This document shows positions 62,759-64,000 of a stretch of 64,000 nucleotides of DNA, one piece after another. Below the pieces are notes generated by a model. The model ran no database searches. It was not told the origin of the DNA and worked only from the letters and a program-made list of their open reading frames with translations. Position 1 is the first letter of the stretch, and every line of letters begins with the position of its first letter. The stretch covers positions 832,001 to 896,000 of the forward strand of contig CAWBKB010000001.1 of NCBI GenBank assembly GCA_963789265.1, written 5' to 3'. A program made the translations under genes and the position numbers. Origin of the DNA: an uncultured delta proteobacterium (lineage in GTDB: Bacteria; Desulfobacterota; Desulfomonilia; Desulfomonilales; Desulfomonilaceae).

Positions 62759-64000
62759 TCAGCCCATGGATCGGTCCACAAGCTCAACGAGGTCGATCAC
62801 TTCAATTTTACCCTCGTTGCCGGTGGTCTTTATGGCATCCTCCAAATTAATCAGACAGAAAGGACAAGCCGTGACAATGACCTGTGCCCCTATATCTTCC
62901 GCCATGTGCACGCGGCGCTCGCCCATTCGCTCTTTTTCTTCGTCGTTTTCGTACCAGAGCAACAGCCCCCCACCGCTGCAGCAGAAGCTTCGGGAATACG
63001 AACGTGTCATTTCTCGCAGCCGAATTCCCGGTATTCTCCTCAACACGTACCTTGGATCTTCATACACGCCGTTGTGTCGTCCCAAATAGCAAGGATCATG
63101 ATAAGTCACAACCCTCTCGCCCAAGTAATCTCCGGAAAGGGTCAGTTTTCCTTCGCGAAGAAATCGGGCTATCAGTTGACTGGCATGAACTATTGGGAAC
63201 TTTTCAGAGTAGTCGTTTTTGATCGTGTTGAAGGCGTGGGGGTCAAAGGCAACGATTTCTTTGAATTCCCGGGCTCTAAATGCCTCAATGTTCTTCGTTG
63301 CAACCTGTTCGAACAGACCTTCCTCGCCGAGCCGCCGTATTTCGTTACCCGAGTCGGTTTCGTCCTGGCCCAAGATCCCGAAATCCGAAGAGGTCCTGTT
63401 GAGAATTCGTGCAAAAGACTTCGATATTTCCTGTATTCGCGGGTCAAAAGATCCGCAACTGTCCACGAAAAACAACAAATCTGCAGAGTCGCCTTTCGCG
63501 AGCTCTTTCACCTGCACCCCATCCAGATCTTTGGTCCAAGCCGAGCGTTTCGCCTTGCTCCCGCCGTAGGCGTTTCCCTTCTTTTTGATTTGTTGCATCG
63601 GCTTCTGAAGAGATTGAGGAAGGCTCCCGTGGTCCAGGAGATACCGTCTCATATCCACGATCTTGTCGATATACTGTATAAATATCGGACACTCCTGCTC
63701 GCAGGCTCCGCAGGTGGTACAGGCCCAGATCTCTTTTTCCGTAATAATATCGCCTATGAACTCGACATCGCCTCGATCCGGCGGTGTTCCAAACACAGGG
63801 AAATACTTGTACGCGTAGTCTCTTGCCTTTATGCTGATCATCCTCGGAGAGAGTTCCCTCCCCACTGCATTGGCAGGACAGTTATCCGTACATCGGCCGC
63901 AGTCCGCGCATGAATAAAAATCCAGGATATGTTTCCACGTGAAAGCCTCGAAACGGCCCACACCACATTCCGGCAGTTCCATCCAATCGGTGACGCCGCA
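62759..64000 (-). CDS. HdrD/GlpC-like Fe-S oxidoreductase (DUF224-type ETF:quinone oxidoreductase), 5' end outside the window
   Basis: CADCGRCTDNCP, CTTCGACEQECP, YHDPCYLGR, SFCCSGGG, TACPFC; directly upstream of etfBA. Confidence 0.88.
   Translation of the reverse strand, partial: CGVTDWMELPECGVGRFEAFTWKHILDFYSCADCGRCTDNCPANAVGRELSPRMISIKARDYAYKYFPVFGTPPDRGDVEFIGDIITEKEIWACTTCGACEQECPIFIQYIDKIVDMRRYLLDHGSLPQSLQKPMQQIKKKGNAYGGSKAKRSAWTKDLDGVQVKELAKGDSADLLFFVDSCGSFDPRIQEISKSFARILNRTSSDFGILGQDETDSGNEIRRLGEEGLFEQVATKNIEAFRAREFKEIVAFDPHAFNTIKNDYSEKFPIVHASQLIARFLREGKLTLSGDYLGERVVTYHDPCYLGRHNGVYEDPRYVLRRIPGIRLREMTRSYSRSFCCSGGGLLLWYENDEEKERMGERRVHMAEDIGAQVIVTACPFCLINLEDAIKTTGNEGKIEVIDLVELVDRSMG

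Noticed and set aside
62702..63913. Long antisense ORFs (this 403-aa one, 10630-11595 and many shorter ones)
   Set aside because: Shadow frames of well-supported genes in GC-rich DNA with no recognisable motifs

Overview
Chromosomal window from a GC-rich anaerobic bacterium. Gene content (PxxKW protein, alaC-hom-thrC-apgM, xerC-hslVU, Fe-S protein-etfBA) points to Desulfobacterota/deltaproteobacteria, possibly Desulfomonile-like (inference). Most of it is housekeeping: threonine synthesis, putA, purine salvage/purM, glnE, clpB, ETF. It also has a sigma54-controlled acyl-CoA catabolism plus Liv-type ABC uptake operon with a visible -24/-12 promoter and upstream activator sites. Accessory or unusual parts: a complete ISKra4-family element splitting a TRIC/YadS gene (26-bp IRs, 9-bp target duplication); a three-level nested REP/MITE; a putative type II restriction-modification pair with an unassigned PD-(D/E)xK nuclease; two adjacent candidate non-coding RNAs divergent from xerC; an orphan gene bounded by a GTTRRRY site and a 59-bp attC-like element; and a 29/32/29 CRISPR-like mini-repeat. 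Two clear and one inferred +1 frameshifts are probably sequencing errors. No rRNA, tRNA or cas genes were seen.
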